From positions 8,191 through 72,190 of the forward strand of contig JAWODJ010000082.1 in NCBI GenBank assembly GCA_046483315.1: a stretch of DNA of 64,000 nt, read 5' to 3'. Source of the stretch: Bacteroidales bacterium (GTDB lineage: Bacteria > Bacteroidota > Bacteroidia > Bacteroidales > PUMT01). Positions 48,686 to 58,669 of the stretch are shown in pieces. The notes under the pieces are model-generated. The model worked only from the letters and a program-made list of their open reading frames with translations, had not been told where the DNA came from and did no database searches. Numbering within the stretch: position 1 is the first letter of the stretch; every line of letters starts with the position of its first letter. Position numbers and translations under genes: made by a program.

Positions 48686-49600
48686 TTAAAACTTGTAATC
48701 ATTGATCTCATCAAGCTGCGGAGCTGAGGGCTGGGCTCCCATCCTTGTTACCGAAATTGCCGCCGCCCGCTGGGCGAAATCGATCGCCTGTCGCACTGTT
48801 TTATTCCCCGAAAGGGCAGTGGCAAGAGCCCCGTTGAACACATCACCTGCCGCAGTTGTGTCGACTGCCTTGACCCTGTAGCCGGGAATCAGGCCATGAA
48901 ACTCACTGTTCAGCAGGTAAACGCCCCTGCTTCCCAGGGTTATTATTACTGTTTCGATACCCAGGTCGTAAAGCTCTTTTGCCATGTCAGGGATGGTATC
49001 ATCATTGACCTCTTTGGTGCCGGTCAGCAAGGCAGCCTCAGTTTCGTTGGGGGTAATGACGGAAACTTTTTGCAGAAGATCCTGTGGCAGTTTTGCTCCG
49101 GGCGCAGGATTCAGTATCATGGGTATGCCAAGCTCTTCTGCTGTCCGGGCAACAGCGCCAACAGTTTCCATAGGGATCTCCAGTTGAACAAGGATTGCTC
49201 CGGCCCCGGCAAATACATCCTTTGCTATGATAATATCTTCGGGAAGCAGGTGACTGTTAGCTCCCGGTGCAACTGCAATGCTGTTCTCGCCGTCTTCGGC
49301 AACATTAATCAGAGCAACCCCCGAGTGCATTCCCGGTTTGACCTTTATAAACGAGGTATCGATCCCGTCTTTTTTGTAGTTTTCGATTGATTCAGTGCCA
49401 AAGGTGTCGTCTGACACACAAGCTATGAAGGCCACATCACCGCCGGCCCGGGCGGCGCCCACGGCCTGGTTGGCACCCTTGCCCCCGGGGATGGTAAGCA
49501 ATTCCGATCCCATAACAGTCTCTCCCGGTGCCGGTATGTGCGGCACCTTAACCACCATATCGGTATTTGAACTTCCTACCACGATTATTTTTTTACTCAT
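48686..49600 (-). CDS. rbsK: Ribokinase
   Basis: VGSSNTD, PGGKGANQA, QLEIP, NPAP, PNETE, DTTAAGDVFNG, GAQPS. Start moved to MSKKII (49600). Confidence 0.93.
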   Translation of the reverse strand: MSKKIIVVGSSNTDMVVKVPHIPAPGETVMGSELLTIPGGKGANQAVGAARAGGDVAFIACVSDDTFGTESIENYKKDGIDTSFIKVKPGMHSGVALINVAEDGENSIAVAPGANSHLLPEDIIIAKDVFAGAGAILVQLEIPMETVGAVARTAEELGIPMILNPAPGAKLPQDLLQKVSVITPNETEAALLTGTKEVNDDTIPDMAKELYDLGIETVIITLGSRGVYLLNSEFHGLIPGYRVKAVDTTAAGDVFNGALATALSGNKTVRQAIDFAQRAAAISVTRMGAQPSAPQLDEINDYKF

Positions 49601-49620
49601 ATCAGTTTGTTTTCTGTTTT

Positions 49621-49632
49621 GCAATCGTTTTC
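49621..49632. promoter_or_regulatory. Candidate LacI-family operator (GCAATCGTTTTC) upstream of rbsK
   Basis: Central AAnCGnTT LacI-type core; same core (AATCGTTT) as the site at 51835-51852. Confidence 0.5.
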
Positions 49633-49693
49633 TTAAGTTCTGTGCCGGGAAGAAAAGTATCAATCATCCGGCCATTCCCCTAAAGTATTGTTA

Positions 49694-50695
49694 CTAGTAA
49701 AGTCTCGCCGCAATTATGAGCGCGAGTCCAACTGCAAAGAAAAGGAACATGGCGGTCAGCAATCCATTAACGCCTTTGGCGCCCTTAAACTCTTTCCATA
49801 TAAACACACCCCAGAGGGCGGCAACCATTGTAGCGCCCTGTCCCAGTCCGTAAGAAATTGCAAAACCTGCCTGTTCAGCAGCAATAATATTGACAGTAAA
49901 ACCAAGGCTCCAGATTGCTCCTCCCAGGATACCAATCATATGCAGTTTGGTGTCACCTTTTACAAAATAGTCCCTGTAGTTTACCTTTTCTCCGGTTATA
50001 GGTTTATACATAAAAAGAGTGTTCCACAGGAAGTTTGATATAAGCAGGCCAAGGGCAAAGATTACAGAAGCCGTATATGGCGTAAGTTTTCCTGCTTCCG
50101 GATTGACAAAGTCGCCGGCCATGGAGGCAGCCACGAACCTGTAGAAGAAGCCCATCAGCAGACCAGCAAGAAGGGAGACCAGGATACCCCTGGTGGAGGT
50201 TTGACCTGTCGCGGAAGGCAGTTTTTTATATGCACGTGCATCAAGGACAATTGCAATTACAACAAATGCCACTCCTGTAAACAACATGACAGGGTTCCCG
50301 AGGGGAGTAGCAATAAAATTCACTATCACTCCCAGCGCAAGCGCCAGTCCGATCCCTATGGGGAAGGCGACCGCCATGCCTGCAATTGCGATTGCTGCAA
50401 CCAGAAGAATATTGGCAATGTTAAACACCACCCCTCCCAGGAATGCCGATCCGAGAGCTGACAGATCGGCCTGTGATAGGTCTGCGATAAAACTGCGGCC
50501 ATCAGTTCCTGTGCTACCGGCCGTTAATGCAAGTATCAGGGACAATAAAAGAACACCGATGGCATAATCCCAGTAATAAAGCTGGAAGGGCCAATGTTTC
50601 TGGGCAAGTTTCTGGGTATTAGCCCACGAACCCCAGCATAACATAGTTATAAAGGCCAGAAATACTGCCCATGCGTAAGAGTGTATTACTACCAT
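49694..50695 (-). CDS. GRP/DMT-family sugar (ribose) transporter
   Basis: About 10 TMs; MLCWGSWANTQK, AISYGLGQGATMVAALWGVFIWKEF; adjacent to rbsK. Confidence 0.8.
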   Translation of the reverse strand: MVVIHSYAWAVFLAFITMLCWGSWANTQKLAQKHWPFQLYYWDYAIGVLLLSLILALTAGSTGTDGRSFIADLSQADLSALGSAFLGGVVFNIANILLVAAIAIAGMAVAFPIGIGLALALGVIVNFIATPLGNPVMLFTGVAFVVIAIVLDARAYKKLPSATGQTSTRGILVSLLAGLLMGFFYRFVAASMAGDFVNPEAGKLTPYTASVIFALGLLISNFLWNTLFMYKPITGEKVNYRDYFVKGDTKLHMIGILGGAIWSLGFTVNIIAAEQAGFAISYGLGQGATMVAALWGVFIWKEFKGAKGVNGLLTAMFLFFAVGLALIIAARLY

Positions 50696-50743
50696 AGTTT
50701 CAGGTTTTAGTATAAGATTTATTAATGATGAGTAAAAGAAACA

Positions 50744-51769
50744 TTATGTTTTTTTGACCGAGTTGCGGACTATCAGTCTGGGCCTTATCATTATGTTTTC
50801 AATTTCATTTTCTTTTTTCCTGCCGGTTATCATGTCAAGCATTATATTTACAGCTATAACGGCCATTTTATCATTGCTCTGTTCAACAGTTGTCATAGGG
50901 CAGGCGAGCAGGGCAGAGTATGGCTGATCATCAAAAGAAACAATTGAAATATCATCAGGAATTTTCAATCCCGTTTCTGCAATGGCCCTAATCGCTCCCA
51001 GTGATATCAGGTTGCTAAGTGCTAAAATTGCGGTAGGAGGGTCCCTGCGGCTCAAAAGAAACCGTGTCTGATTATATCCGTTCTCCTCACCAAAATTATC
51101 ACCGACGATCAGGTTGCTGTCGGGCTTAATATTATATTGCTCAAGTGCATCCCTGTAACCCTGTATGCGGTCGGTATTGACTGATATGCCATTTAGTCCC
51201 TGGATGCATGCAATGATCCTGTGTCCTTTGGAGATCATATATTCAACTGCCTCGAAAGCCCCGGCATAATTATCAGTTGTGATAAAAGGTATTTCAGTGC
51301 CTGGCAGGTAACGGTCTATAACTATAACCGGAATTCCTCTTTTTTGAAATTCTTCTATATGCTTGCTGCTTTGGCCAACAGGCGCCAGGATGATACCATC
51401 TACCTTGCGGCCGGCAAAGAGGTTAAGGAGTTCTGTTTCGGTCTGGATATCGTCAAGACTGTCTCCAAGGATAAGAGAATAACCCTTTCTCCGGGTTTCA
51501 AACTCAATAGTTTTTGCAATTGATGCGAAAAACGGGTTGGCAATATCAGGAATGATGAGTCCGAGAGTTTCAGTCTTTTTCAGTCGAAGTCCCCGGGCAA
51601 TCCTGTCGGGATAATAGCTGAATTTATTTGCAGCATCCAGAACTTTTTTGCTTGTCGCCGGACTGATCCTGTAGAGCTCAGCCTTTCCGTTGAGGACACG
51701 AGATACTGTTGTTGCAGAAATACCAATCTGAGCAGCCAGTTCTTTTATATTTTTTACTTTTCTGTCCAT
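50744..51769 (-). CDS. LacI-family transcriptional regulator
   Basis: IKELAAQIGISATTVSRVLNG, ARGLR, PDIANPFF, IPDDISIVSFDD. Start moved to MDRKVK (51769). Confidence 0.93.
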   Translation of the reverse strand: MDRKVKNIKELAAQIGISATTVSRVLNGKAELYRISPATSKKVLDAANKFSYYPDRIARGLRLKKTETLGLIIPDIANPFFASIAKTIEFETRRKGYSLILGDSLDDIQTETELLNLFAGRKVDGIILAPVGQSSKHIEEFQKRGIPVIVIDRYLPGTEIPFITTDNYAGAFEAVEYMISKGHRIIACIQGLNGISVNTDRIQGYRDALEQYNIKPDSNLIVGDNFGEENGYNQTRFLLSRRDPPTAILALSNLISLGAIRAIAETGLKIPDDISIVSFDDQPYSALLACPMTTVEQSNDKMAVIAVNIMLDMITGRKKENEIENIMIRPRLIVRNSVKKT

Positions 51770-51834
51770 TTGCTTTTTTATGTGAAGTATTTCCTGTCCT
51801 GCTGACAATTGCAAATATTATAAAATTTTCAGAA

Positions 51835-51852
51835 TGCACAAACGATTGTTCA
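51835..51852. promoter_or_regulatory. Candidate LacI-family autoregulatory operator TGCACAAACGATTGTTCA
   Basis: 18-bp near-palindrome with central CG, about 65 nt upstream of the LacI start. Confidence 0.55.
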
Positions 51853-52251
51853 AAAAATTATTATATGATTTGGCAGGGGCAGGTAATAACTTTTTCTATA
51901 CTTGTAGTTTTTATATTTTATTGAAACTATGATTAAAAATACCTTAATGGTTTGTTATTAATACTTATATTATATGGGATGAGCAGTTGAAATTGTTAAA
52001 ATAGCAGATGCTTCTCATATTAATGCCGGTGCAGAGCTGATCGTGACCGGTTGCACTGACGTGTCGGTCATAATCAGGGAACGTTTTTTAAGAGCCTGCC
52101 GGTTATAGATTCATCTGTGTTCCTTCAAAGAGCTTTGATCGCAGCCCGTTCTCCCGGAGAACCAGGGTCATGGCAGCCCTGAATCCGGATCGCCATTGGG
52201 GCTATTAGTATAATTTAACATGTTTATCTATGATTAAGGCACCGGGAATTT

Positions 52252-52259
52252 TACTTTTG
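52252..52259 (+). promoter_or_regulatory. Bacteroidota -7 element (TACTTTTG)
   Basis: Exact TAnnTTTG about 47 nt upstream of the ATG at 52307. Confidence 0.5.
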
Positions 52260-52306
52260 TATATGCATAACCGGTTTTTTTATATACAGCCTGTAACTGA
52301 AATTTT

Positions 52307-53566
52307 ATGAAGAGTGTAAAATATGGTATAATAGCCGGATCGGGAATATTGCTGGTTGTAATTCTTATGGTTGTTTTGCTTGCAGATGATGATCATGCTG
52401 AATATTCCTGTTTTGAGGTACAGAGAGGTCAATTAGAGATACTTGTTACCGTAACCGGCGAACTGGAAGCTGAAAGGAATATCGAAATCAAGGCTCCTGA
52501 AGCTCTTCAAAGCAGAAATGTGAGATTAAGAAGTGTTCTAATTCAGGATATGGTTTCCGAAGGTACTCTGGTTGAGGAGGGGGACTGGGTAGCTACTTTG
52601 GACAGGACCGAGGCGGAACTTTCATTAAGAGATCTGGAAGAACAAATGCTCAGTGAACAGGCACATTATAATGCAACAATACTTGATACAACCATAACCT
52701 TGAGTAATTTGCGGGATGATCTGATAAATCTTGAATACGAGGTTGAAGAGAGAAGGCTTGTTCTCGGGCAGTCAGCTTATGAACCCCCGGCTACAATAAG
52801 GCAGGCGGAAATAGATTTGGAAAGGGCAAAAAGGAATCTGGAGCAGGCAAGGGAAAATTATGTACTTTATGAACTGGATGCAGCCGAAAGTGTAAAGGAG
52901 GCGGCACTTGATCTGGAACGCCGGACCCGCCGCTACCAGGCATTGAATAATGTAATGGACCAGTTTGTAATTACTGCACCACAGTCAGGCATGGTTATTT
53001 ATCACAGAGAGTGGAGCGGTGAAAAAAGAAAAGTCGGATCTACAATTCATTCACGTGATCTGACGGTGGCGGTCATACCGGAATTAAACACACTTGTATC
53101 GAGGACATATGTGAATGAGATAGATATCAACCTGGTTGTTGAAGGTCAGCCGGTACGTGTAGGTTTTGATGCTTTCCCCGAAAGGGTATATTCCGGAAGG
53201 GTTGTAGAGGTTTCCAATGTGGGACAGGAAATGCCCGGTACGGATGTAAAGGTATTTGAGGTAATGGTTCTTATTGACCAGGCTGACAATATCCTTCGTC
53301 CTGCAATGACCACCAGCAATGCAATAATTGCCGGGCAGTTTGATGATGTTCATTATGTGCCGCATGCCGCTGTTCATGAAACCGAAGGCATTTCATATGT
53401 TTACAAGAATGACGGTACGCGTCAGGTTGTGGTGACCGGAGATTATAATGACAATTTTATCATTATTGAACAGGGGCTGGAGGAAGGAGATCTGGTTTAC
53501 CTGGAAACCCCTGAAACGGGTGAAACTTTTGATTTTGTCGGAAATGAATTGATTGCCGATAGCTGA
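52307..53566 (+). CDS. Efflux membrane-fusion protein (HlyD/MacA-like periplasmic adaptor)
   Basis: N-terminal TM, lipoyl halves (SEGTLVEEGD..ITAPQSGMV), coiled-coil hairpin, LRPAMT. Confidence 0.85.
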   Translation: MKSVKYGIIAGSGILLVVILMVVLLADDDHAEYSCFEVQRGQLEILVTVTGELEAERNIEIKAPEALQSRNVRLRSVLIQDMVSEGTLVEEGDWVATLDRTEAELSLRDLEEQMLSEQAHYNATILDTTITLSNLRDDLINLEYEVEERRLVLGQSAYEPPATIRQAEIDLERAKRNLEQARENYVLYELDAAESVKEAALDLERRTRRYQALNNVMDQFVITAPQSGMVIYHREWSGEKRKVGSTIHSRDLTVAVIPELNTLVSRTYVNEIDINLVVEGQPVRVGFDAFPERVYSGRVVEVSNVGQEMPGTDVKVFEVMVLIDQADNILRPAMTTSNAIIAGQFDDVHYVPHAAVHETEGISYVYKNDGTRQVVVTGDYNDNFIIIEQGLEEGDLVYLETPETGETFDFVGNELIADS

Positions 53567-53604
53567 TACTCTTTTGTAGCTTAATTATAAATTATCATAA
53601 TAAG

Positions 53605-54474
53605 ATGAAGTTTCCATTATTGTGCTTATTACTGTTCTCCTTTCACCTGACAGGTTATTCACAGGGCATAAAACCTCAGAATGTTTACAGGGTGATTGTT
53701 ACCAATCATTACCTGCTGGAGGATGGGGAGAGGACCGAACGGTTTTATGCCGTCAACCAGGAGATATATGATTCTTTGGGCCGTCTCCACACAGAAATTG
53801 ATTATGACCGGGAAACACGCTACCCAAGCAATTACCGCTGGCACTATTTTGACAGCTTGTTGCTTGTCAGGACAGAGTACTACGTTAACGAAAAGCTTGA
53901 ATTGCGTCGTGTGTTTGAATATAATACTGATACCCTGGTTACCAGGGAGCTGCATTACCGGCCGGAAAAAGAAGATACGCTTTTGTCCATGACCCTCGAT
54001 TTTTCGCTTAATGAGCAGGGATTGCCGGAACGGATTGTTGCAACCGACAGTGACGGACGAAGGCTATACAGAATACGTTCTACTTTCGATGATATGGGCA
54101 CCGAGGTCAGACGCCGGGTCACAGGCCGAAGGGGAGATCCGGATGACGGGATAAGAAGGCTTGACAGGGAGGCAGTATATGACAGTCTGGGTTTTTTACT
54201 GTCGGAAACTGTTGAGCTAAGGATGGCAGAACGAACCAGAATGGAGTATACAAGGAAGTACCGTTATGATGAGCGGGGAAACAGGATTGAGATGCTCGAA
54301 CTGGATGACCGGGGCAACCAGGTTTGCAGGATAGAGTATACCTGGCAGCGCCAACGCAACCGGCTGGGGCATATAAGTTACTATGATGAAAATGATCAGC
54401 TTCAGAAATTCCTGGCTAAACGATATGAAATATACCGCACCACTGATCGCAGGCAAAGGATTATTGACTACTGA
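53605..54474 (+). CDS. Hypothetical secreted protein with YD-like beta-hairpin repeats
   Basis: Signal peptide; YDSLGRL, YDSLGFL, YRYDERGNRIE, YYDENDQL. Confidence 0.6.
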   Translation: MKFPLLCLLLFSFHLTGYSQGIKPQNVYRVIVTNHYLLEDGERTERFYAVNQEIYDSLGRLHTEIDYDRETRYPSNYRWHYFDSLLLVRTEYYVNEKLELRRVFEYNTDTLVTRELHYRPEKEDTLLSMTLDFSLNEQGLPERIVATDSDGRRLYRIRSTFDDMGTEVRRRVTGRRGDPDDGIRRLDREAVYDSLGFLLSETVELRMAERTRMEYTRKYRYDERGNRIEMLELDDRGNQVCRIEYTWQRQRNRLGHISYYDENDQLQKFLAKRYEIYRTTDRRQRIIDY

Positions 54475-54792
54475 TATTTATTGAACTGATCAGTTTTTTG
54501 GAAATTATTTTTTACCGGAACACAGGTTCGTTTCAGCTTTTCTGCCTGAATCATACTTTTACCATGCCTGCAGGTCTATTTGTCAGTAAATAGTTAACCT
54601 TCATCCAATTTATAAATACCTCTGTAACCTTATAATTACTTTTCCGTTATAGTTTGCAGTTAAGCGTGCCGGATAATTGATTCATACAGTATTTTGGTGT
54701 GTTTTACAATTTAAGCAGTCAGGTTGTAAAGGAAAGTTTAATATTCAGTGGTGAAGAGGTATTTATTTTTTGAAACTATATTCAGATTTACA

Positions 54793-54800
54793 TATATTTG
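54793..54800 (+). promoter_or_regulatory. Possible Bacteroidota -7 element (TATATTTG) for the T9SS-cargo cluster
   Basis: Exact TAnnTTTG followed by C, but about 420 nt upstream of the next ATG. Confidence 0.35.
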
Positions 54801-55217
54801 CGAGGGTGCTAACAGTAAATTATATGATTTTTTGAAAATAATTTTACCCTCTGTCAATTCATTTCCGGCTCAGATACATTATCCGGAGGAACCATCATTT
54901 CCCTGCCAGGTTGTAATTCAGGCTGATTGCAATCCCGGAACCGGCTTAACCGGTTTATACAATGTATTTTTCAGGTGTTTATCCATTTTCAGGGATTTTG
55001 TAAAAACACTTTTTGTGGTTTTAGAAAATCTGTTTGTCATCAGATATATCAGATTGAACCCTGTCTCTGTGAAATTCACGTAATATATTACCTGTTCATG
55101 CAACCAAATCACTCCCAAACCGTACTAAAGAACAGACATGTATTTACTTAACAATATATTTTTTACAAAACCGAAATCAGTTAATCAAAATTTTATTTAA
55201 TCCTTAATTTTTAAATT

Positions 55218-56195
55218 ATGAAAACAATGACAAAAAAGAACATTTTAAAACTGGCCATGACAGTTGTGGCGACATTAATTTTTGGCGGAGCCATGGCTCA
55301 GACCAATGGTGGTGCCGGAGTACCGGGTTCGGCCGATGTAACTTTTGACACGGGTGGTACTGATGGTGGTGTTTTTTATATGATAGAAGGTACAACTATA
55401 CCACTGTATGCAGAGCCTGATGCTGTCTATCATTCGGATTGGACTTATGATTCTGACTGGTCCCTGACAGATGGATTTATCTGGAACTGGTCTGTTTCTG
55501 CCGGTGATGCAGGTAATGTAACTTTTACCCCGGCCGCAAGTAATACACGTGATAATTACGTGGAATTAAATATTACTACAACAGGCACTTATCAGATATC
55601 TGTTACCGAAGAGGCACCTGCTGCTTATGGCGGTTGTGAAGGTGCAGCGCAGACATTAGATGTCGAGGTTGTTGATGCTCCCTCAGTTACCCTTGGGGCT
55701 CTTGACGGTACTTCAGATAACTTCTGTATTACTGATGGCGGTATACCAACTGAAATTATTGCTACAATTAGTGATGGCTGGAGGAACTATCGTGTTGCAT
55801 GGACACTGGAAATTGCAACTTTGGGTGCCGGTCTTGTTGAAGATGAATGGTTTGATACTGACCTGACCACCTCTTTGGGCGGTGCACAGGCTTTTGCAGA
55901 AGATTATACCGAGGCAGCTCCCAATGAAATAGCATCTGCCGGTGATGCAGATATTATGACAGTTGCATCTTTTAGTGTAATTAACAATAAGCCAACTGTT
56001 TATACTTACACTTTGACATCAATTAACGATCAGGCACTCCGTTTTGGTGATTATATCGGTTTTGGTGGTGATTATGGCACTCCGGCTGCTGCAGATTTTA
56101 CTTACAATGCAGTTGGGGAATCTTACTCAGTTCAGATTAATCCTGCTCCGGCAACCGGACCTATCTATCATATACCTGAAGATTTTGCGCTGTAA
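55218..56195 (+). CDS. Secreted acidic hypothetical protein (Ig/PKD-like beta structure)
   Basis: Signal peptide ending AMA-Q; very D/E/T/G-rich; C-terminal PAPATGPIYHIP. Confidence 0.7.
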   Translation: MKTMTKKNILKLAMTVVATLIFGGAMAQTNGGAGVPGSADVTFDTGGTDGGVFYMIEGTTIPLYAEPDAVYHSDWTYDSDWSLTDGFIWNWSVSAGDAGNVTFTPAASNTRDNYVELNITTTGTYQISVTEEAPAAYGGCEGAAQTLDVEVVDAPSVTLGALDGTSDNFCITDGGIPTEIIATISDGWRNYRVAWTLEIATLGAGLVEDEWFDTDLTTSLGGAQAFAEDYTEAAPNEIASAGDADIMTVASFSVINNKPTVYTYTLTSINDQALRFGDYIGFGGDYGTPAAADFTYNAVGESYSVQINPAPATGPIYHIPEDFAL

Positions 56196-56253
56196 TATCG
56201 TCGTACAGGGTTATACAGTATAGAATGGATAAATAACATATCATAACAAAAAT

Positions 56254-57288
56254 TTGATTCCACGGACTCTAATATCTATTTTGACCGCTATTTTAATCGG
56301 GGTGGCCGCGCATGGACAGGATATTCTTCATTCTGTCCATGCCGGGACTTCCGGTGTGCGGTACGGTGTGGAAGAAACCGAAGGTTCACTCTATGAATGG
56401 TTTGTTGAGGATGGTGGTGTAATATCATCTGATTTTAATGACCAGATCGAGGTGGACTGGGGTGTCAATGCCGGAATATATGAGATCAGGGTTGTGGAGA
56501 CAAATATTTTTGGTTGTACAGGAGATACGGTCAATACATTTGTTGAGGTGATAGACCGTTTTGATTTTGACCCGTTCCCCCCGGAGGTTGAGATTTGCGA
56601 AGGGGAAATTCATGTGTTTGATGCAGGAAGCGGATTTGTTTCTTACCTGTGGAATGATGACAGCGAACATATAACCCAGACATTTGCCACCGGTGAGGCG
56701 GGCACCTACTGGGTACAGGTTGTCGATGAGAACGGGCTGATAGGTACCGATACGGTAGAACTGGTTGTTAACCCGCTGCCGGTTGTTGATCTCGGCCCGG
56801 ATACCACACTGATGATTGATGAGAGCATAATGCTTGACGCCGGTGATGACGGGGACATATTCGACTGGTCGACTGGTGCAATAAGCCAGACCATCACTGT
56901 TTACGGCTCAGAAGCCCCCGTTACAGTATGGGTTGATGTAACCACCATGGCTGGTTGCAGTGCCTCAGATACCATATTTATTGATTTTGATGAGGGTCTT
57001 AAGCTGATTATTCCTACCGTATTAACTCCAAACGATGACGGAGTGAATGATACATGGCTGATAACCGATAATGAAGGTAATGAGTTGTTTATTAATTATC
57101 CGGATGCCGTGGTTGAGGTATTCAACCGCTGGGGTGATATAGTTTTCCGTTCACAACCAGGTTACCCCGATCCCTGGGATGGCACATATCGTGGCAGACC
57201 ATTGCAGATGGATTCCTATCATTATGTTATCACACTTAATGAGCAGGATACTGAAGATCTTACAGGTAATATCACCATTATCAGATGA
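56254..57288 (+). CDS. T9SS cargo with type-B (gliding motility-associated, CHU_C) C-terminal domain
   Basis: Signal peptide, Ig-like repeats (VNPLPVVDLGPD), PTVLTPNDDGVNDTW, VFNRWG, WDGTYRG, GNITIIR. Confidence 0.9.
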   Translation: MIPRTLISILTAILIGVAAHGQDILHSVHAGTSGVRYGVEETEGSLYEWFVEDGGVISSDFNDQIEVDWGVNAGIYEIRVVETNIFGCTGDTVNTFVEVIDRFDFDPFPPEVEICEGEIHVFDAGSGFVSYLWNDDSEHITQTFATGEAGTYWVQVVDENGLIGTDTVELVVNPLPVVDLGPDTTLMIDESIMLDAGDDGDIFDWSTGAISQTITVYGSEAPVTVWVDVTTMAGCSASDTIFIDFDEGLKLIIPTVLTPNDDGVNDTWLITDNEGNELFINYPDAVVEVFNRWGDIVFRSQPGYPDPWDGTYRGRPLQMDSYHYVITLNEQDTEDLTGNITIIR

Positions 57289-57456
57289 TGTGTATTTCTG
57301 GTTTTTTATACCGGTTATAATTCCGTTTATCTATATAAATGATACTTTCGTGGAAAGAGATATCCATTATGTAACGATTATGGCAGTTATGCGTATCTAT
57401 GAGTAGTTATGGAAGAGTCTATTACAGGGAAAATTCAGATTAGGGGGAGATTATCG

Positions 57457-58431
57457 ATGAAGAAGCTATTATTAATAATTACTTTATTTACAGTTGCTCT
57501 ATTTGCCGGAAAGGCACAACAGCTGCCGCTCTATTCGCAGTATATGATGAACAGTTTTTTGCTCAATCCTGCAGTTGCCGGGAATGACGGACTTACATCA
57601 TTTAATTTAACGGCAAGGGAGCAATGGCTGGGTTTTGAGAATGCTCCGAGAACAGTCGCAATTAGCGGGCAATCCAGGTTGCTGAGAAACAGTCCTATAT
57701 CCCGCGGGCGTTCGGTCAGAAGACGTCCTACTGCAATGAGCCGGAGTGGTAATGTTGGGGTAGGCGGGTACATCTTTAACGACAGAAACGGGATTATTGA
57801 CCGTACGGGGCTGCAGGGAACCTACTCTTATCATATATGGATGGATCAGAACCAGCTTTCGTTCGGGATATCACTTACAGCGTTCCAGCTTAAGCTTGAT
57901 GACAGAAATATGCTTTTGAATAATAATGATGATCCGCTGCTGAATTCCAGCCGGAAAGCTCTTTTTGTGCCGGATGTTAACCTTGGTATATATTTCAGTA
58001 ACCCCAATTATTATGCAGGATTCTCAACCGCACAACTTTTGCAGTCTGCCCTGAAATTCGGAAATGATGGTTACAAAGATTTTAAGATGCTCCGTCATTA
58101 TTATCTGATGGGAGGTTACGGCTTTTTCCTTGACAATGGTGTTACAATTGAACCTTCAGTATTATTACAGGCCACATTTGAAAGCAGGGTGCAGGTAGAT
58201 ATCAATACCCGTGTATATTACAGGGATGATTACTGGGGTGGTATTTCTTACCGTACTTCCGGAGCACTGATTATGATGGGAGGGGTCAAGGTTGACAGGT
58301 TCTATTTCGGATACGCTTTTGATTATTCATTGAGCAGTATACGTAAACACAGTTTTGGCTCGCATGAATTTATGGCAAGTATCAAATTCGGGGATACGGC
58401 AAGGCGCTACCGCTGGCTCAACAGGTATTAA
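57457..58431 (+). CDS. PorP/SprF-family T9SS outer-membrane protein (copy 1)
   Basis: QQLPLYSQYMMN..LNPAVAG, REQWLG, GYAFDY, GSHEF. Start moved to MKKLL (57457). Confidence 0.92.
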   Translation: MKKLLLIITLFTVALFAGKAQQLPLYSQYMMNSFLLNPAVAGNDGLTSFNLTAREQWLGFENAPRTVAISGQSRLLRNSPISRGRSVRRRPTAMSRSGNVGVGGYIFNDRNGIIDRTGLQGTYSYHIWMDQNQLSFGISLTAFQLKLDDRNMLLNNNDDPLLNSSRKALFVPDVNLGIYFSNPNYYAGFSTAQLLQSALKFGNDGYKDFKMLRHYYLMGGYGFFLDNGVTIEPSVLLQATFESRVQVDINTRVYYRDDYWGGISYRTSGALIMMGGVKVDRFYFGYAFDYSLSSIRKHSFGSHEFMASIKFGDTARRYRWLNRY

Positions 58432-58461
58432 TACATAACAGCGATTTTCATTTCCTTCACG

Positions 58462-58495
58462 GGGCTGTCCGTTATTTTCAGGACGGTCTTTTTTT
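58462..58495 (+). terminator. Probable intrinsic terminator between the two PorP/SprF genes
   Basis: gggctgtcc / ggacggtct stem (with G-U pairs) followed by a T-run. Confidence 0.5.
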
Positions 58496-58669
58496 GTACC
58501 TGAAATTTTTTTATACTGGAATACGTTTTTAAGGTCAACAGGTAACATTTTTGCATTCTTTACGGTATTATCATAGGAAGTATTAATGAATCGCATTATT
58601 TTAGCTGATGTATTTGTCCCCTGTTTCCAATACAGGGGACCAGGTAAAAGAACCGGAAAACAGGATCCT

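Noticed and set aside
53605-54474. Rhs toxin
   Set aside because: Only 289 aa, no DPxG core end, no toxin domain or immunity gene.
54748-55151. Short ORFs in the long intergenic region
   Set aside because: Overlapping, motif-less and of low-complexity composition; cannot be supported without expression data.
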